Source: Terriglobia bacterium (lineage in GTDB: Bacteria; Acidobacteriota; Terriglobia; Bryobacterales; JACQDG01). From it: a stretch of DNA of 64,000 bases. How positions within the stretch are numbered: position 1 is the first letter of the stretch; every line of letters starts with the position of its first letter. The notes below the pieces were generated by a model. That model had not been told where the DNA came from. It saw nothing but the letters and a program-made list of their open reading frames with translations, and ran no database searches. Made by a program: the position numbers and the translations under genes. Location: positions 24,296 through 88,295 of the forward strand of contig JBGPDC010000001.1 of the NCBI GenBank assembly GCA_041482115.1. The letters run 5' to 3'. Shown here one piece after another: positions 43,528 to 52,878 of this stretch.

Positions 43528-43533
43528 CTCGCC

Positions 43534-46002
43534 GTGGGGAGAAAAGGCGAGTGGCTCTTTGGAAAAGGGAGCTGCTGGATAGTATTTTGGCTGGCGCTCA
43601 ATTCTCAATATTTTTCTGCGCCACCTCTGGTTCTCTCCGCCGCCGACCTGCCCGCCTGGGAGACGCATTCTACCGAAGCCCGTAGGGCCTTCGATCAAAG
43701 CCTCTATCTCGAGGCTCTGGGTGGCTACCGCGCGGCGCTGGCGGACGCGGAGGCGGCCGGCGAGCCCCCCGGCGTAACGGGCCGGATCCGCAACAGTGTG
43801 GGCGCCTGCTGGTTGGGGCTTGGCAACTATCAGGCCGCGCTCTCGGAATTTCTCCGCGCCTTGCCGTTGGTGGAACAAGCCGGCGACGCCGAGCGACAGG
43901 CGGCGGTCGAGACCAACATCGCTTCGGTGTATTTTTTTCAGGGCGACCGGGAGAATGCGCATCGTCTCTACCGCCGCGCGCTCGATAATTTGCAAAAACG
44001 GACTCCCTTACCGGATTCAATGGCGCGGATTAAGCCTCTAATTCTGGCGAATTTAGGGGCTCTCGAACGGCTGGACGGCCGCTACCGCCAGGCGCTCGAT
44101 TATGAGCAGGCGGCCCTGGCGGAGGCTCCGGCCGGCGCCGACCCGGCCCGCTGGGCGGGAGTGTACGACCTGCTCGGTCTCACCCGCCTCGATCGGCGGG
44201 AATATCCCCAGGCTCGGGAGGCCTTTGAGCAGGCCCTGCGGCTGCGCCAGCCTCTCGGCGACACGGCGCGTTCCTGGATGTTTCTGGGGCGCCTGGACCT
44301 CGCCAGCGGCCAGGCCGCCGCCGCGCTCAGGCCTTTCGACCGCGCCGCCACCGAGGCCCGCCGGATCGACGATCGCCGGACGCTGTGGCAGATCCTCTAC
44401 TGGCGCGGTACGGCCTGGCGCCGCCAGGGACGGCAGCAGGAAGCCGCCGCGGATTTGGGAGAAGCCGCCGGCGTGCTCGAATCCTTGCGGGCGAGCGTGA
44501 TTCCGACCGACGGCCTGCTGGTGCAGTTCGAGTCCCAGTATCACGACGTGTTCGAGGACTGGGCAGACTTATTGTGCGAAACGGCGGCGGAGGCTGGAGA
44601 CGCGGTCGCGGCCGCGGCGTTTCAGGCCGTCGAATCCGGACGCGCTTACAGCTTGCGGGCCCTGCTGGCGCGCCGTCCGGACCCCCCGGACGCCTCCGCC
44701 CCCACGGTGTGGAGGCAATACCAGGACCGCTTGCGACGGCTGGAGCAAGTGCGCGCCCGGGCGCGCGCCGCCGGTGATCCCGCGCCGTGGCTGGCTCGGG
44801 TGGGCGAGGAAGAAGCGGCGTTACGGGATCTGGAAGCTCGCCTGCGTGTCGAGGAGCCGGTGCTCTCGAACGCCCTCTTCGCTCCGGCTCTGACCTTGCC
44901 CGAGACCCAGGCTCTGCTCGGCCAGCAGGATCTGCTGCTGAGCTTCTACGTCCGCCCGCGCGCCGCCTGGCTATGGGCCGTGACCCGCCGCCAGGCCCGC
45001 TTTTACCGCCTCGCGCCGCCCGCGACCTGGACGCCGGAAGTGCGCCGCTTCCTGAGCGCGCTGCGCGAGGGCGGCGATACGAAGGGGCCCGGACGCCACC
45101 TCTACCGCGCGCTGCTCGGTCCGGTCGACCCGGAACTGCTGGCGCGGCGGCGCTGGATGGTAGCCGCCGACGGCGAGACGGCGCTGCTGCCGTTTGCGGC
45201 GCTGCCGGCCGCCTCCGGGCGCTACTTGATCGAGGAGCGGGCCGTGAGCTACACGCCGGCGGTGTCGGTGCTGCCGGGTTTGCGCGAGCGGGAGGCCTAC
45301 CCCTACGAGCGCGATTTTCTCGCTTTCGCCGATCCCATCGTGAACAACGCCGATCCGCGTCTGGCGGCGCGGCGCGCGGCCGCGCCGGGCGAGGCGCTGC
45401 TGCCGCGCCTGGCGTCGAGCGCCGCGGAGGCGCAGGCGTGCGCGCGGCTGTTCGGCGCGGCCCACTCCACCGTGCTGACCGGGGCGGCAGTCTCCGCGAG
45501 CGGGCTGCGGCGGCAGGCCGCCGCCGGTTACCGCTATTGGCACCTCACCTCCCATGTGATCGTCGATGATGAGCGGCCCAACTCGTCTTTCATCGCCCTG
45601 AGCCTGCCGGAGAAGCTCACGGTGCTCGAGGTGCTGAGCCTGCCGGCCCGCGCCGAAATGGTTACTTTGAATGGCTGCGAATCGGGAGGGGGCAAGCTGC
45701 TCCCCGGTACCGGGGTGCTCGGGCTGACACGCGCTTTTCTGGCCGCCGGGGCCGTCTCGGTGCTGGCCACCCGATGGCAGATCCCCGACGAGAGCGGGGC
45801 GCTCGTCCAGGCCCTTTACCGGAACCTGCTGGCCGCGGGATCCTGCCGCGCGGGCCGCTCCGAGGCGTTACGGCAGGCCCAGCTTGAGATGCTGCGCGCC
45901 GGAGGCTGGCGCTCCGAACCACGCTACTGGGCGGCCTACTTCCTTTCCGGCTGGCCGGGCCCGGACTCTTGCACCGGCTCGGATCACCGAGGTGCACTCT
46001 GA
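43534..46002 (+). CDS. TPR-repeat CHAT-domain (caspase-like) protease
   Basis: Multiple TPR-like repeats (YLEALGGYRAAL, NLGALERLDGRYRQAL). C-terminal CHAT domain with a His/Cys dyad context (WHLTSHVIVDD, VTLNGCESGGG). The GTG start is uncertain. Confidence 0.85.
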   Translation: MGRKGEWLFGKGSCWIVFWLALNSQYFSAPPLVLSAADLPAWETHSTEARRAFDQSLYLEALGGYRAALADAEAAGEPPGVTGRIRNSVGACWLGLGNYQAALSEFLRALPLVEQAGDAERQAAVETNIASVYFFQGDRENAHRLYRRALDNLQKRTPLPDSMARIKPLILANLGALERLDGRYRQALDYEQAALAEAPAGADPARWAGVYDLLGLTRLDRREYPQAREAFEQALRLRQPLGDTARSWMFLGRLDLASGQAAAALRPFDRAATEARRIDDRRTLWQILYWRGTAWRRQGRQQEAAADLGEAAGVLESLRASVIPTDGLLVQFESQYHDVFEDWADLLCETAAEAGDAVAAAAFQAVESGRAYSLRALLARRPDPPDASAPTVWRQYQDRLRRLEQVRARARAAGDPAPWLARVGEEEAALRDLEARLRVEEPVLSNALFAPALTLPETQALLGQQDLLLSFYVRPRAAWLWAVTRRQARFYRLAPPATWTPEVRRFLSALREGGDTKGPGRHLYRALLGPVDPELLARRRWMVAADGETALLPFAALPAASGRYLIEERAVSYTPAVSVLPGLREREAYPYERDFLAFADPIVNNADPRLAARRAAAPGEALLPRLASSAAEAQACARLFGAAHSTVLTGAAVSASGLRRQAAAGYRYWHLTSHVIVDDERPNSSFIALSLPEKLTVLEVLSLPARAEMVTLNGCESGGGKLLPGTGVLGLTRAFLAAGAVSVLATRWQIPDESGALVQALYRNLLAAGSCRAGRSEALRQAQLEMLRAGGWRSEPRYWAAYFLSGWPGPDSCTGSDHRGAL

Positions 46003-46640
46003 ACTCTGCAACAGGGTCGGCCACCCGGGACGAAGCCGCCGGCTGGGCGCGCATCGTGGCCCAGATTGAGGCGCGGGAAACCACCGGCCAGACGGCGCTC
46101 TACGAGTCCTTTGGACGCGGCTTGCGATTCTACTTCTCCCACTACCTCCAGCGCCAGGACGTGGAGGACCGGGTTCACGACACGCTCGTCGCGGTCGTCT
46201 TTGCCCTGCGCCACAATCACTTGCAGGAGCCGGCGTGCCTGCCGGGATACGTGTATACGATCGCCCGGCGTCAGGTGGCGGCTTACATCGCGGAGGCCGT
46301 TCGCAACCGAACGGAGTCCGCGGATCTCACGGCGGCGGCCGGGCTGCGGCAAGGCGGGCCCAACCCGGAGGAGCAGGTCATCGACAAGCAGCAGCGCGAG
46401 ATGGCACGGCAGTTGTTAGCCAGCCTTCCCGAGATCGACCGGCAGATCCTCCTGCGGTTCTACTACCAGGGGCAGTTGCCCGAGCAGATCTGCACCGAGT
46501 TGAGGCTGACCGATACGCAGTTCCGCCTGCGGAAGAGCCGGGCCAAGAAGCGCTTTGAGGAGCTGGTCCGGAAGACCTTGAGACGGGAGCGACTATTCTC
46601 CGCATTTCTGGTGAGACAAGAGGCCTCCCCAGAGCACTGA
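45969..46640 (+). CDS. ECF-type RNA polymerase sigma-70 family factor
   Basis: Sigma-2-like DRVHDTLVAVVFAL...YVYTIARRQVAAYI. Sigma-4 LPEIDRQILLRFYYQGQLPEQICTELRLTDTQFRLRKSRAKKRF. Start uncertain (TTG 45969 or CTG 45999). Confidence 0.85.
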   Translation: MHRLGSPRCTLNSATGSATRDEAAGWARIVAQIEARETTGQTALYESFGRGLRFYFSHYLQRQDVEDRVHDTLVAVVFALRHNHLQEPACLPGYVYTIARRQVAAYIAEAVRNRTESADLTAAAGLRQGGPNPEEQVIDKQQREMARQLLASLPEIDRQILLRFYYQGQLPEQICTELRLTDTQFRLRKSRAKKRFEELVRKTLRRERLFSAFLVRQEASPEH

Positions 46641-46649
46641 ATATTTGTC

Positions 46650-47276
46650 ATGACGCACGCCGATATCGAAACCCAGGAAATCATCGACCGCTACTTGCTT
46701 GGCAAGCTGCCCAGCGAGTTGCAGGAGCAGTTCGAGCAGCACTTCCTGGCCTGCGCGGATTGCCTCGAAAAGCTCGAATCGAGCCGGCCGGCGCTGGGCC
46801 TGATCGCGGCCAGCCGGGTAAGCCCCCGGCCCCGGTGGTTCACGGCCCCCGCCTGGGGTATGGCAGCGATGATCGCCCTGGCCGTGTGGGTGACGGCGGG
46901 ACGATCGCCCGCCCCGCCTAGGCCGGCCCCGGCCGCAGTCGAGGCCGCCCCGGAACCGTTGATCGAGCTCAGCACCTTCCGCGGCGGCGGGCCGGCGAGA
47001 GGACTGCGCCGGGACCAAACCGCCGGCCCCTTCAGGCTGCTGCTGGACCTCCAGAGTCTAGATACCTATGACTGCTACTCGGTCGAGATAGCGAGCGAGC
47101 AGGGCGCCGCCGTTTGGTCCCGTGGCGGCCTCCAGCCGGCGAGCGACCGAGCGCTCGAGGTACAGGTGGAGGGCTTACCTCTGGAGGCCGGGCAGTATTG
47201 GGTGCGGCTCGCGGGCTTCGGCAGCGCCGCCGGGCCGGCACTGGTACGCGAGTACTCGCTGACCGTCCAGCCTTGA
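46650..47276 (+). CDS. zf-HC2 anti-sigma factor, single TM
   Basis: QHFLACADCLEKL (Hx3Cx2C). TM segment APAWGMAAMIALAVWV. About 120-aa extracytoplasmic C-terminus. Confidence 0.8.
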   Translation: MTHADIETQEIIDRYLLGKLPSELQEQFEQHFLACADCLEKLESSRPALGLIAASRVSPRPRWFTAPAWGMAAMIALAVWVTAGRSPAPPRPAPAAVEAAPEPLIELSTFRGGGPARGLRRDQTAGPFRLLLDLQSLDTYDCYSVEIASEQGAAVWSRGGLQPASDRALEVQVEGLPLEAGQYWVRLAGFGSAAGPALVREYSLTVQP

Positions 47277-47319
47277 AGCGGCAAATGGCGTGGTAAGATC
47301 CCTAGATCGAGCCGCGGCC

Positions 47320-47685
47320 ATGATCACCGAAACTAAAACCCGGCGTATAGAACCGGATCTGACAGTAGTCGAGATTTCCGGGCGCCTGAACCTGGGCAAT
47401 ACGCTGCTTTCCATCGAGAACTCCATCGAGCGCCTGATCGCGGAGGGGGCCCGCAAGCTGATCGTCGATCTCACCGGCCTGGACTATATCGATAGCGCCG
47501 GCATCGGGGTGCTGGTGAGTTGCAGCGGGCACGTCGAGCAGAGCGGCGGACGGATGCGCATTGCCGGCGCTCACGGCATCGTCGCCCGGGCCTTCGAGCT
47601 GGTTCACATGGACCGCATCGCCCCACTCGATGCGGATGTCGAATCGGCTAGCCGCCAGTTGTCGGTGGGCGGCGCCGCGGTGTGA
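47320..47685 (+). CDS. STAS-domain anti-sigma-factor antagonist (SpoIIAA/RsbV-like)
   Basis: ORF trimmed to ATG 47320. LIVDLTGLDYIDSAGIGVLV contains the conserved phospho-Ser context. Confidence 0.8.
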   Translation: MITETKTRRIEPDLTVVEISGRLNLGNTLLSIENSIERLIAEGARKLIVDLTGLDYIDSAGIGVLVSCSGHVEQSGGRMRIAGAHGIVARAFELVHMDRIAPLDADVESASRQLSVGGAAV

Positions 47686-47701
47686 GCGCTACTCTAACAG
47701 G

Positions 47702-49012
47702 CTAAAGCGGCGGCTCCATCGGAAGGGCGAGGGGCGGCTCGAGCAGGAAATCGAGGCCCTGCATCTCCCCCACCGCTTTCCGCACGGCGCGCTCGGTGGT
47801 CGGCTCGAGGGTGATCACGAAAGGCAAATCCTCTTTATTGGGACACGGTTCCTGGAGCACGGCCTCGAGACCAATGCGGGCCGCGGCCAGGATGGAGGCG
47901 AGCGCGGCGATGATGCCCGGACGGTCCACGACACGGAACCGCAGGTAGTAAGGCCGCACCTGGTGCTCGATGGAGATCGGCGCGTATTCGCGCAGCCGGT
48001 CGTGGGCGAAGGGCGAGACGCGCTCGGGGTTGCCCTTGGCGATCTCGCGCGCCACGCGCATCAGGTCGCTCACCACGGCCACGCCGGTCGGCTGTGGGCC
48101 GGCGCCCCGGCCGTAGTAGAATGTGTCGCCGCCGTGGACGCCTTTCACCCAGATGGCGTTGAACGCGCCCTGCACGTGCGCCAGGATAGTACCGAGCGGG
48201 ACCAGCGCCGGCCGTACCGAAAGCAGCAGTCCGGCCTGCGTCTGCTGGGCCATGCCGATGAGCCGGATGGTGTGGCCGAGGCGGTGGGCATAGGAGAAGT
48301 CCATCGGCGAGATGCGCCGGATGCCTTCGAGGTAAATGTCGGAGGGCAGCACGCGGACGCCGTAAGCGAGCGCCGCCAGGATCGCGAGCTTCGAGCGCGC
48401 GTCGTAGCCGTCGATGTCGGCCGAGGGGTCGGTCTCGGCGTAACCCAGCCGCTGCGCCTCGGCCAGCACGGTCTCGAGGGGCGCCCCGTGCTTCTCCATC
48501 TCGGTGAGGATGAAGTTACAGGTGCCGTTGAGGATGCCGAGCAGGGTCTCCACGCGGTCGCCCGAAATGCCCTCACGCAGCACGGTGTGAATCGGGATGC
48601 CGCCCGCGACGCTCGCCTCCATGGCGAGGCAGATCCCCGCGCGGATGGCGGCGTCCCAGATCTTCGGCCCATCGGCCGCCATCAGCTCCTTGTTGGCGGT
48701 GACGACGGACTTGCCGTGGGCGATCGCGGCGCTCACGATCTCCGCCGCGACGCCCGTGCCGCCGACCAGCTCCGCCACGATGTGGATCTCCGGGTGCTCG
48801 ACGATATCCTGCCAGCGGGTGGTGCGCAACACGTTGGGGAATAGCGCCGCAGCCGCCGGGGGGCGCTCGGCGAGCGAGCGGGAGCAGATGGCGCGCACCT
48901 GAAGATCGAAGCCGAGCTTCTCGCGGATCTGCCGGGCGTTCTCGTGCAGGATCGTGAGGGTGCCGCTGCCGACATTACCGAGGCCTACGATCCCGATATT
49001 GATGGGGGGCAT
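47702..49012 (-). CDS. hom: homoserine dehydrogenase
   Basis: ORF 47702..49330 trimmed to MPPINIGIVGLGNVGSG. VVTANKELMA, GILNGTCNFILT. C-terminal ACT-like region. Confidence 0.93.
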   Translation of the reverse strand: MPPINIGIVGLGNVGSGTLTILHENARQIREKLGFDLQVRAICSRSLAERPPAAAALFPNVLRTTRWQDIVEHPEIHIVAELVGGTGVAAEIVSAAIAHGKSVVTANKELMAADGPKIWDAAIRAGICLAMEASVAGGIPIHTVLREGISGDRVETLLGILNGTCNFILTEMEKHGAPLETVLAEAQRLGYAETDPSADIDGYDARSKLAILAALAYGVRVLPSDIYLEGIRRISPMDFSYAHRLGHTIRLIGMAQQTQAGLLLSVRPALVPLGTILAHVQGAFNAIWVKGVHGGDTFYYGRGAGPQPTGVAVVSDLMRVAREIAKGNPERVSPFAHDRLREYAPISIEHQVRPYYLRFRVVDRPGIIAALASILAAARIGLEAVLQEPCPNKEDLPFVITLEPTTERAVRKAVGEMQGLDFLLEPPLALPMEPPL

Positions 49013-49094
49013 AAAAGGACGGGCGGCATAAAGGGTCATTCTAGCGTGTGCGGTGCTTGACCTGCGGGCTATGATGGGGGGCAGGAGAAGCCTC

Positions 49095-49427
49095 ATGCGG
49101 CTCATCGCCATCTTCGCTTTGGCTGTGGGGCTGGGTCTCGGGCTCCTGGGTCTCGGGCTTAATGCCCAGTTCGGCCGGCGCGGCCAGCACGAGCAGGACA
49201 AAGACGAGATGCGGCTGCCCGACGGCAAGTCGCAGAAGATCGAGATCCTCAAGGCGGAACACAAGAAGTCGAAAGAGGACGCCGCCGAGCTGCTGACGCT
49301 CGCCCAAGAGCTCAAGGAAGAAGTCGACAAGGACCCCTACCAGGTCGTCAACCTGCGGCTGATCAAGAAGGCCGAGGACATCGAGAAGCTGGCGCGCAAC
49401 ATCAAGAACCGGATGAAGCGCTACTGA
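49095..49427 (+). CDS. small secreted/charged hypothetical protein
   Basis: RBS AGGAGA at 49083-49088 before ATG 49095. Signal-like MRLIAIFALAVGLGLGLLGLGLNA, then a K/E-rich helical segment. Confidence 0.5.
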   Translation: MRLIAIFALAVGLGLGLLGLGLNAQFGRRGQHEQDKDEMRLPDGKSQKIEILKAEHKKSKEDAAELLTLAQELKEEVDKDPYQVVNLRLIKKAEDIEKLARNIKNRMKRY

Positions 49428-49434
49428 GCCTCCC

Positions 49435-50520
49435 TCACATTTTCACCACGCGGCCCGTCTCGGCCGCTTCCCGCGCCCGCAGCAGGATCTCACTCACCCG
49501 GTAGACATCCGCAAGCGGCAAGTGGTGCTTTCGGCCGTTATAAATCGAGTCGAGGAAATCGGCAAAGAGCGGGGAATGCTGGGGCAGGTCGGTGACGCGA
49601 TGCAGCTTCTGGGAGGCGGTGATGAGCGTGACGTCCCCGCCCTCGCGGAACTCGGCCACGCCCTTGGTTCCGGCCAGACGCAGGAGGTCATCGCCGTGCG
49701 TGGGGGCGGTTTCGGGACGCAGGAAGTCCATGCGGAGGTCGGCGGTGCCACGGTTGTCGAGGCGGAAAATGATGGCGGTGTTGTTCTCCATGTCGCCCAG
49801 CGCCGGGAAGCCCGTGGTGGATTGAAACGCCGCCGTCTCGACGAAGTCGCGCCCGCTCGTCCAGCGCATCAGGTCGATCATGTGGGCGCCGATGAACGGG
49901 ATGGTGCCGCCATAGCTCGCGCGTCGCCGCATCCACTGAGGGCGCGAACCCAGCTTGTAGGACTTCTGCGCGCCGAGCGCGACCGGCTCGCCGATCTCGC
50001 CGGCTTCGACGAGCGCGCGCATGGCGAGATACGGCGGCTCGAAGCGCATGGGCAACAGCATGGTGAGGCGCGTCCCGTAGCGCGCGACGGCCTTTTTCAC
50101 GGCGTCGAGCTCGTCGAGCGAGATCGCGAGGGGTTTCTCGCAGGCGACCGCGAGACGTCGCTCGGCGCAGGCGATCGTGGTAGCCGCGTGATCGGCGTTC
50201 TCGTTGCAAATACAGACAGCGTCGAGTTTCTCCGCGTCGAGCAGGCGGCGGTAGTCATCATACAGTTTTGCGCCCGCCAGGGCCGGGTTCGAGGCAACGC
50301 GCGGGCGGTCGCTCTCTTTGGCCGTAGCCACGGCTACCACCTGGATTTCAGGCGTGACTTTGACGGCGTCCGTTACCTCACCGAAGTGGCCGTCCAGGCC
50401 GATGATGCCGACGCGCACCGCCCTCGGCAGCTTCACACGAGGCGGCTCGGCCGCGAGCAGGCGGGCGGCGCCGGCGGCTCCGGCTTGCAAAAGGGCACGA
50501 CGGGTCCAAGGGCTGGTCAT
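49435..50520 (-). CDS. Tat-signal Gfo/Idh/MocA-family oxidoreductase
   Basis: TRRALLQAGAAGAA Tat motif. VRVGIIGLDGHFGEV Rossmann motif. Confidence 0.85.
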   Translation of the reverse strand: MTSPWTRRALLQAGAAGAARLLAAEPPRVKLPRAVRVGIIGLDGHFGEVTDAVKVTPEIQVVAVATAKESDRPRVASNPALAGAKLYDDYRRLLDAEKLDAVCICNENADHAATTIACAERRLAVACEKPLAISLDELDAVKKAVARYGTRLTMLLPMRFEPPYLAMRALVEAGEIGEPVALGAQKSYKLGSRPQWMRRRASYGGTIPFIGAHMIDLMRWTSGRDFVETAAFQSTTGFPALGDMENNTAIIFRLDNRGTADLRMDFLRPETAPTHGDDLLRLAGTKGVAEFREGGDVTLITASQKLHRVTDLPQHSPLFADFLDSIYNGRKHHLPLADVYRVSEILLRAREAAETGRVVKM

Positions 50521-50593
50521 GGCGGAATTCTACCGCAAAAGGGGGGTCGTCTTGCGGCCCGTTCACCGGTAATGCGAAGATGCAAGTAAGGGT

Positions 50594-51349
50594 ATGGGCT
50601 TCCGTACGATGCCACGCCGCGTGATCCCTTTGCTGGCGGTGCTGGCGTTCCTGCCGGCCTGTTCCGGGCCCCGCCCGGTCGAGGCGCAGCGCAAGCAGAA
50701 AGAGGTCCTGGACCTTGGCAAGGTCACCCGCAAGCGCCAGATCGCGCCGCTCTTCAGCGCCGAGAATGCCGGGTGGCTATCGCGCCCGGACCGGGAGAAG
50801 ACCGAGCAGCCGGACAAGGTTCTGGACGCGCTGCAGATTCCGCCGGGGGCGACCGTAGCCGACGTCGGCGCCGGAACGGGTTACTTCACGTGGCGCCTGG
50901 CCCAGCGGGTGGGACCGAAGGGGAAGGTCATCGCCGAGGACGTCCAGCAGGAGATGCTCGACATGCTGGCGGCGAATTTGAAGCAGCGCAACCTCCACAA
51001 CGTGGAGTTGGTGCTAGGAGGCATGCGGGACCCGCGGCTGCCGGAGAACCGCCTCGACCTGGCGCTGCTCGTGGATGTCTACCACGAGTTCTCCGAGCCC
51101 GAGGAGATGGCCGCGGCGATTCGGCGGGCGCTCAAGCCCGACGGCCGGCTGGCGCTGGTGGAATACCGCAAGGAGGACCCGAGCGTCCCCATCCTGCCGT
51201 TGCACAAGATGAGCGTCGAGGAGATACGCTCGGAAATCGAGCCGCTCGGTTTCGAGCTCGACCAGCGCCTGGAATTCCTGCCCATGCAGCACCTTCTGGT
51301 GTTTAAGAAGAAAGCGCTGCCCTCGGAAACCCCCGGGGCGAAACCGTAA
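50594..51349 (+). CDS. lipoprotein-signal class I SAM-dependent methyltransferase
   Basis: LAFLPACSG lipobox. VADVGAGTGYFTWRLA SAM motif I. The start (50594 or 50609) is uncertain. Confidence 0.8.
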   Translation: MGFRTMPRRVIPLLAVLAFLPACSGPRPVEAQRKQKEVLDLGKVTRKRQIAPLFSAENAGWLSRPDREKTEQPDKVLDALQIPPGATVADVGAGTGYFTWRLAQRVGPKGKVIAEDVQQEMLDMLAANLKQRNLHNVELVLGGMRDPRLPENRLDLALLVDVYHEFSEPEEMAAAIRRALKPDGRLALVEYRKEDPSVPILPLHKMSVEEIRSEIEPLGFELDQRLEFLPMQHLLVFKKKALPSETPGAKP

Positions 51350-51377
51350 CAGAGCCGCGACCGGGAGGGAGCGGTCC

Positions 51378-52844
51378 CTAGCGGCGTTCGCCCGCCGTGA
51401 CGACATCGGCGGGGCGGTCCTGCTCGAGGATCTTCTTGGGCCAGACCTCGCGCACCGTTTCCACCACCGCGTGGAGCATGAGGTAGCCCTCGCCACGGTC
51501 GATGTGGCGGGAAATCTCCATCCAGCTAGCCTCGAGGGGCGGGCTCAGCGGAATCCGCACGGTCCAGCAGTTCTCCCGGGAGATATGGCGGCCGGGCTCA
51601 TGAAGCCAGGATTCGTAGTGCGGTCCGCCCGCCACGGCGAGCTCGACGTAGTCAAAGCCGAGGTCGCGCATGGCCTCCACCGTCAGCCGCCAGCATTCGT
51701 CGAGCGAGCCGGCGCGCTCGAGAGCCCAGCGGTAGGCGCGCACCTTGGTCTGAGAGGCGATGAGCTGGCGCACCGTGCCGCTGAGAATGATCTTGCGGGC
51801 CTCGGAAAACTCGGCATAGCCGAGGTGCTGGATGCCGATCCAGGAAACGGCGCAGAACAGGATGATCACCAGGCCCGGGTAGCGGAACTCCGGTACCACG
51901 GTGAGGAGCGAGATCATGGCAAAGACGCTCGTGACGCCGTAAATCAGCAGCACGGCGCGCCGGGGCGTGAGACCCAGATCGAGCAGGCGGTGGTGAATGT
52001 GGCCGCGGTCGGCGGTGAAGATGGGGTCCCCGCGCAGGAAGCGGCGCGCGACGGAGATGCCGGCCTCCAGAATGGGGAAGGCCAGCGCCATCAGCGGGGC
52101 GGTCATACCCAGCAGCGTGACCGACTTCTGGTACCAGAAGATGCCGTAGACGCCCAGCAAAAAGCCGATGGTGAGGCTGCCGCTGTCGCCGAGGAACATG
52201 GAGGCCGGGTTGAAGTTGAAGCGGAGAAAGGCGAGCAGCGCTCCGGCCAGGCAAGCGGTGAGGAGCGCGAGCACCACGCCCGAGGGCACTTGCAGCGCCG
52301 CCACCAGCATCGTGCAGGTGGCGAAGAAGCCGACGCCCGACGCCAGGCCATCCATGCCGTCGATGAGGTTGAAGGCGTTGGCGCAGCCCACCAGCCACAC
52401 GACCGTCACAGGGAAACTGAACCAGTGAGCCTGAATGGCACCCAGGCCGAAGAGGTCGAAGATACGGACTCCGTGCCAATAGACCCAGGCCGCGGCGGCG
52501 AGTTCCCCGGTCAGCTTCTGCCAGGGCTTCAGATTGAACAGGTCATCCAGGACGCCTACCACGAAGATCAGCGCCGCCCCCGGCAGCAGGGGCAGCAGCA
52601 AGGGCAACTGTGCCCGGAAGGCATCGGCGCCGGAGAGCGGCAGCCAGGCGAAGACCGCCAGGGAAAGAAACATCGCGGCCAGGATCGGCACGCCTCCCAG
52701 GCGGGGGATCGGGGTCCGGTGGAGTTTGCGGCCGCCATCCGGACGGTCGAGCACGCCGGCGCGCAGCAGGAAATTGCGCACTAGCGGCGTGAGAAAAAAA
52801 CAGATCAGGAAGGAAAAGCTCGCCAGGAAGATCAGACTGAACAT
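51378..52844 (-). CDS. MraY/WecA-family polyprenyl-phosphate N-acetylhexosamine-1-phosphate transferase with ~150-aa C-terminal extension
   Basis: DRPDGGRKLHRTPIPRLGG, DDLFNLKPWQKL, NAFNLIDGMDGLASG, HIHHRLL. 488 aa. Confidence 0.88.
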   Translation of the reverse strand: MFSLIFLASFSFLICFFLTPLVRNFLLRAGVLDRPDGGRKLHRTPIPRLGGVPILAAMFLSLAVFAWLPLSGADAFRAQLPLLLPLLPGAALIFVVGVLDDLFNLKPWQKLTGELAAAAWVYWHGVRIFDLFGLGAIQAHWFSFPVTVVWLVGCANAFNLIDGMDGLASGVGFFATCTMLVAALQVPSGVVLALLTACLAGALLAFLRFNFNPASMFLGDSGSLTIGFLLGVYGIFWYQKSVTLLGMTAPLMALAFPILEAGISVARRFLRGDPIFTADRGHIHHRLLDLGLTPRRAVLLIYGVTSVFAMISLLTVVPEFRYPGLVIILFCAVSWIGIQHLGYAEFSEARKIILSGTVRQLIASQTKVRAYRWALERAGSLDECWRLTVEAMRDLGFDYVELAVAGGPHYESWLHEPGRHISRENCWTVRIPLSPPLEASWMEISRHIDRGEGYLMLHAVVETVREVWPKKILEQDRPADVVTAGERR

Positions 52845-52878
52845 GACGTCCTATGCAGCAAGCACCGACAAAACCGGC

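Noticed and set aside
43387-43995. 202-aa minus-strand ORF spanning the intergenic region and the CHAT gene start
   Set aside because: It overlaps the CHAT coding region in antisense, has no motifs, and is compositionally like the other shadow ORFs.
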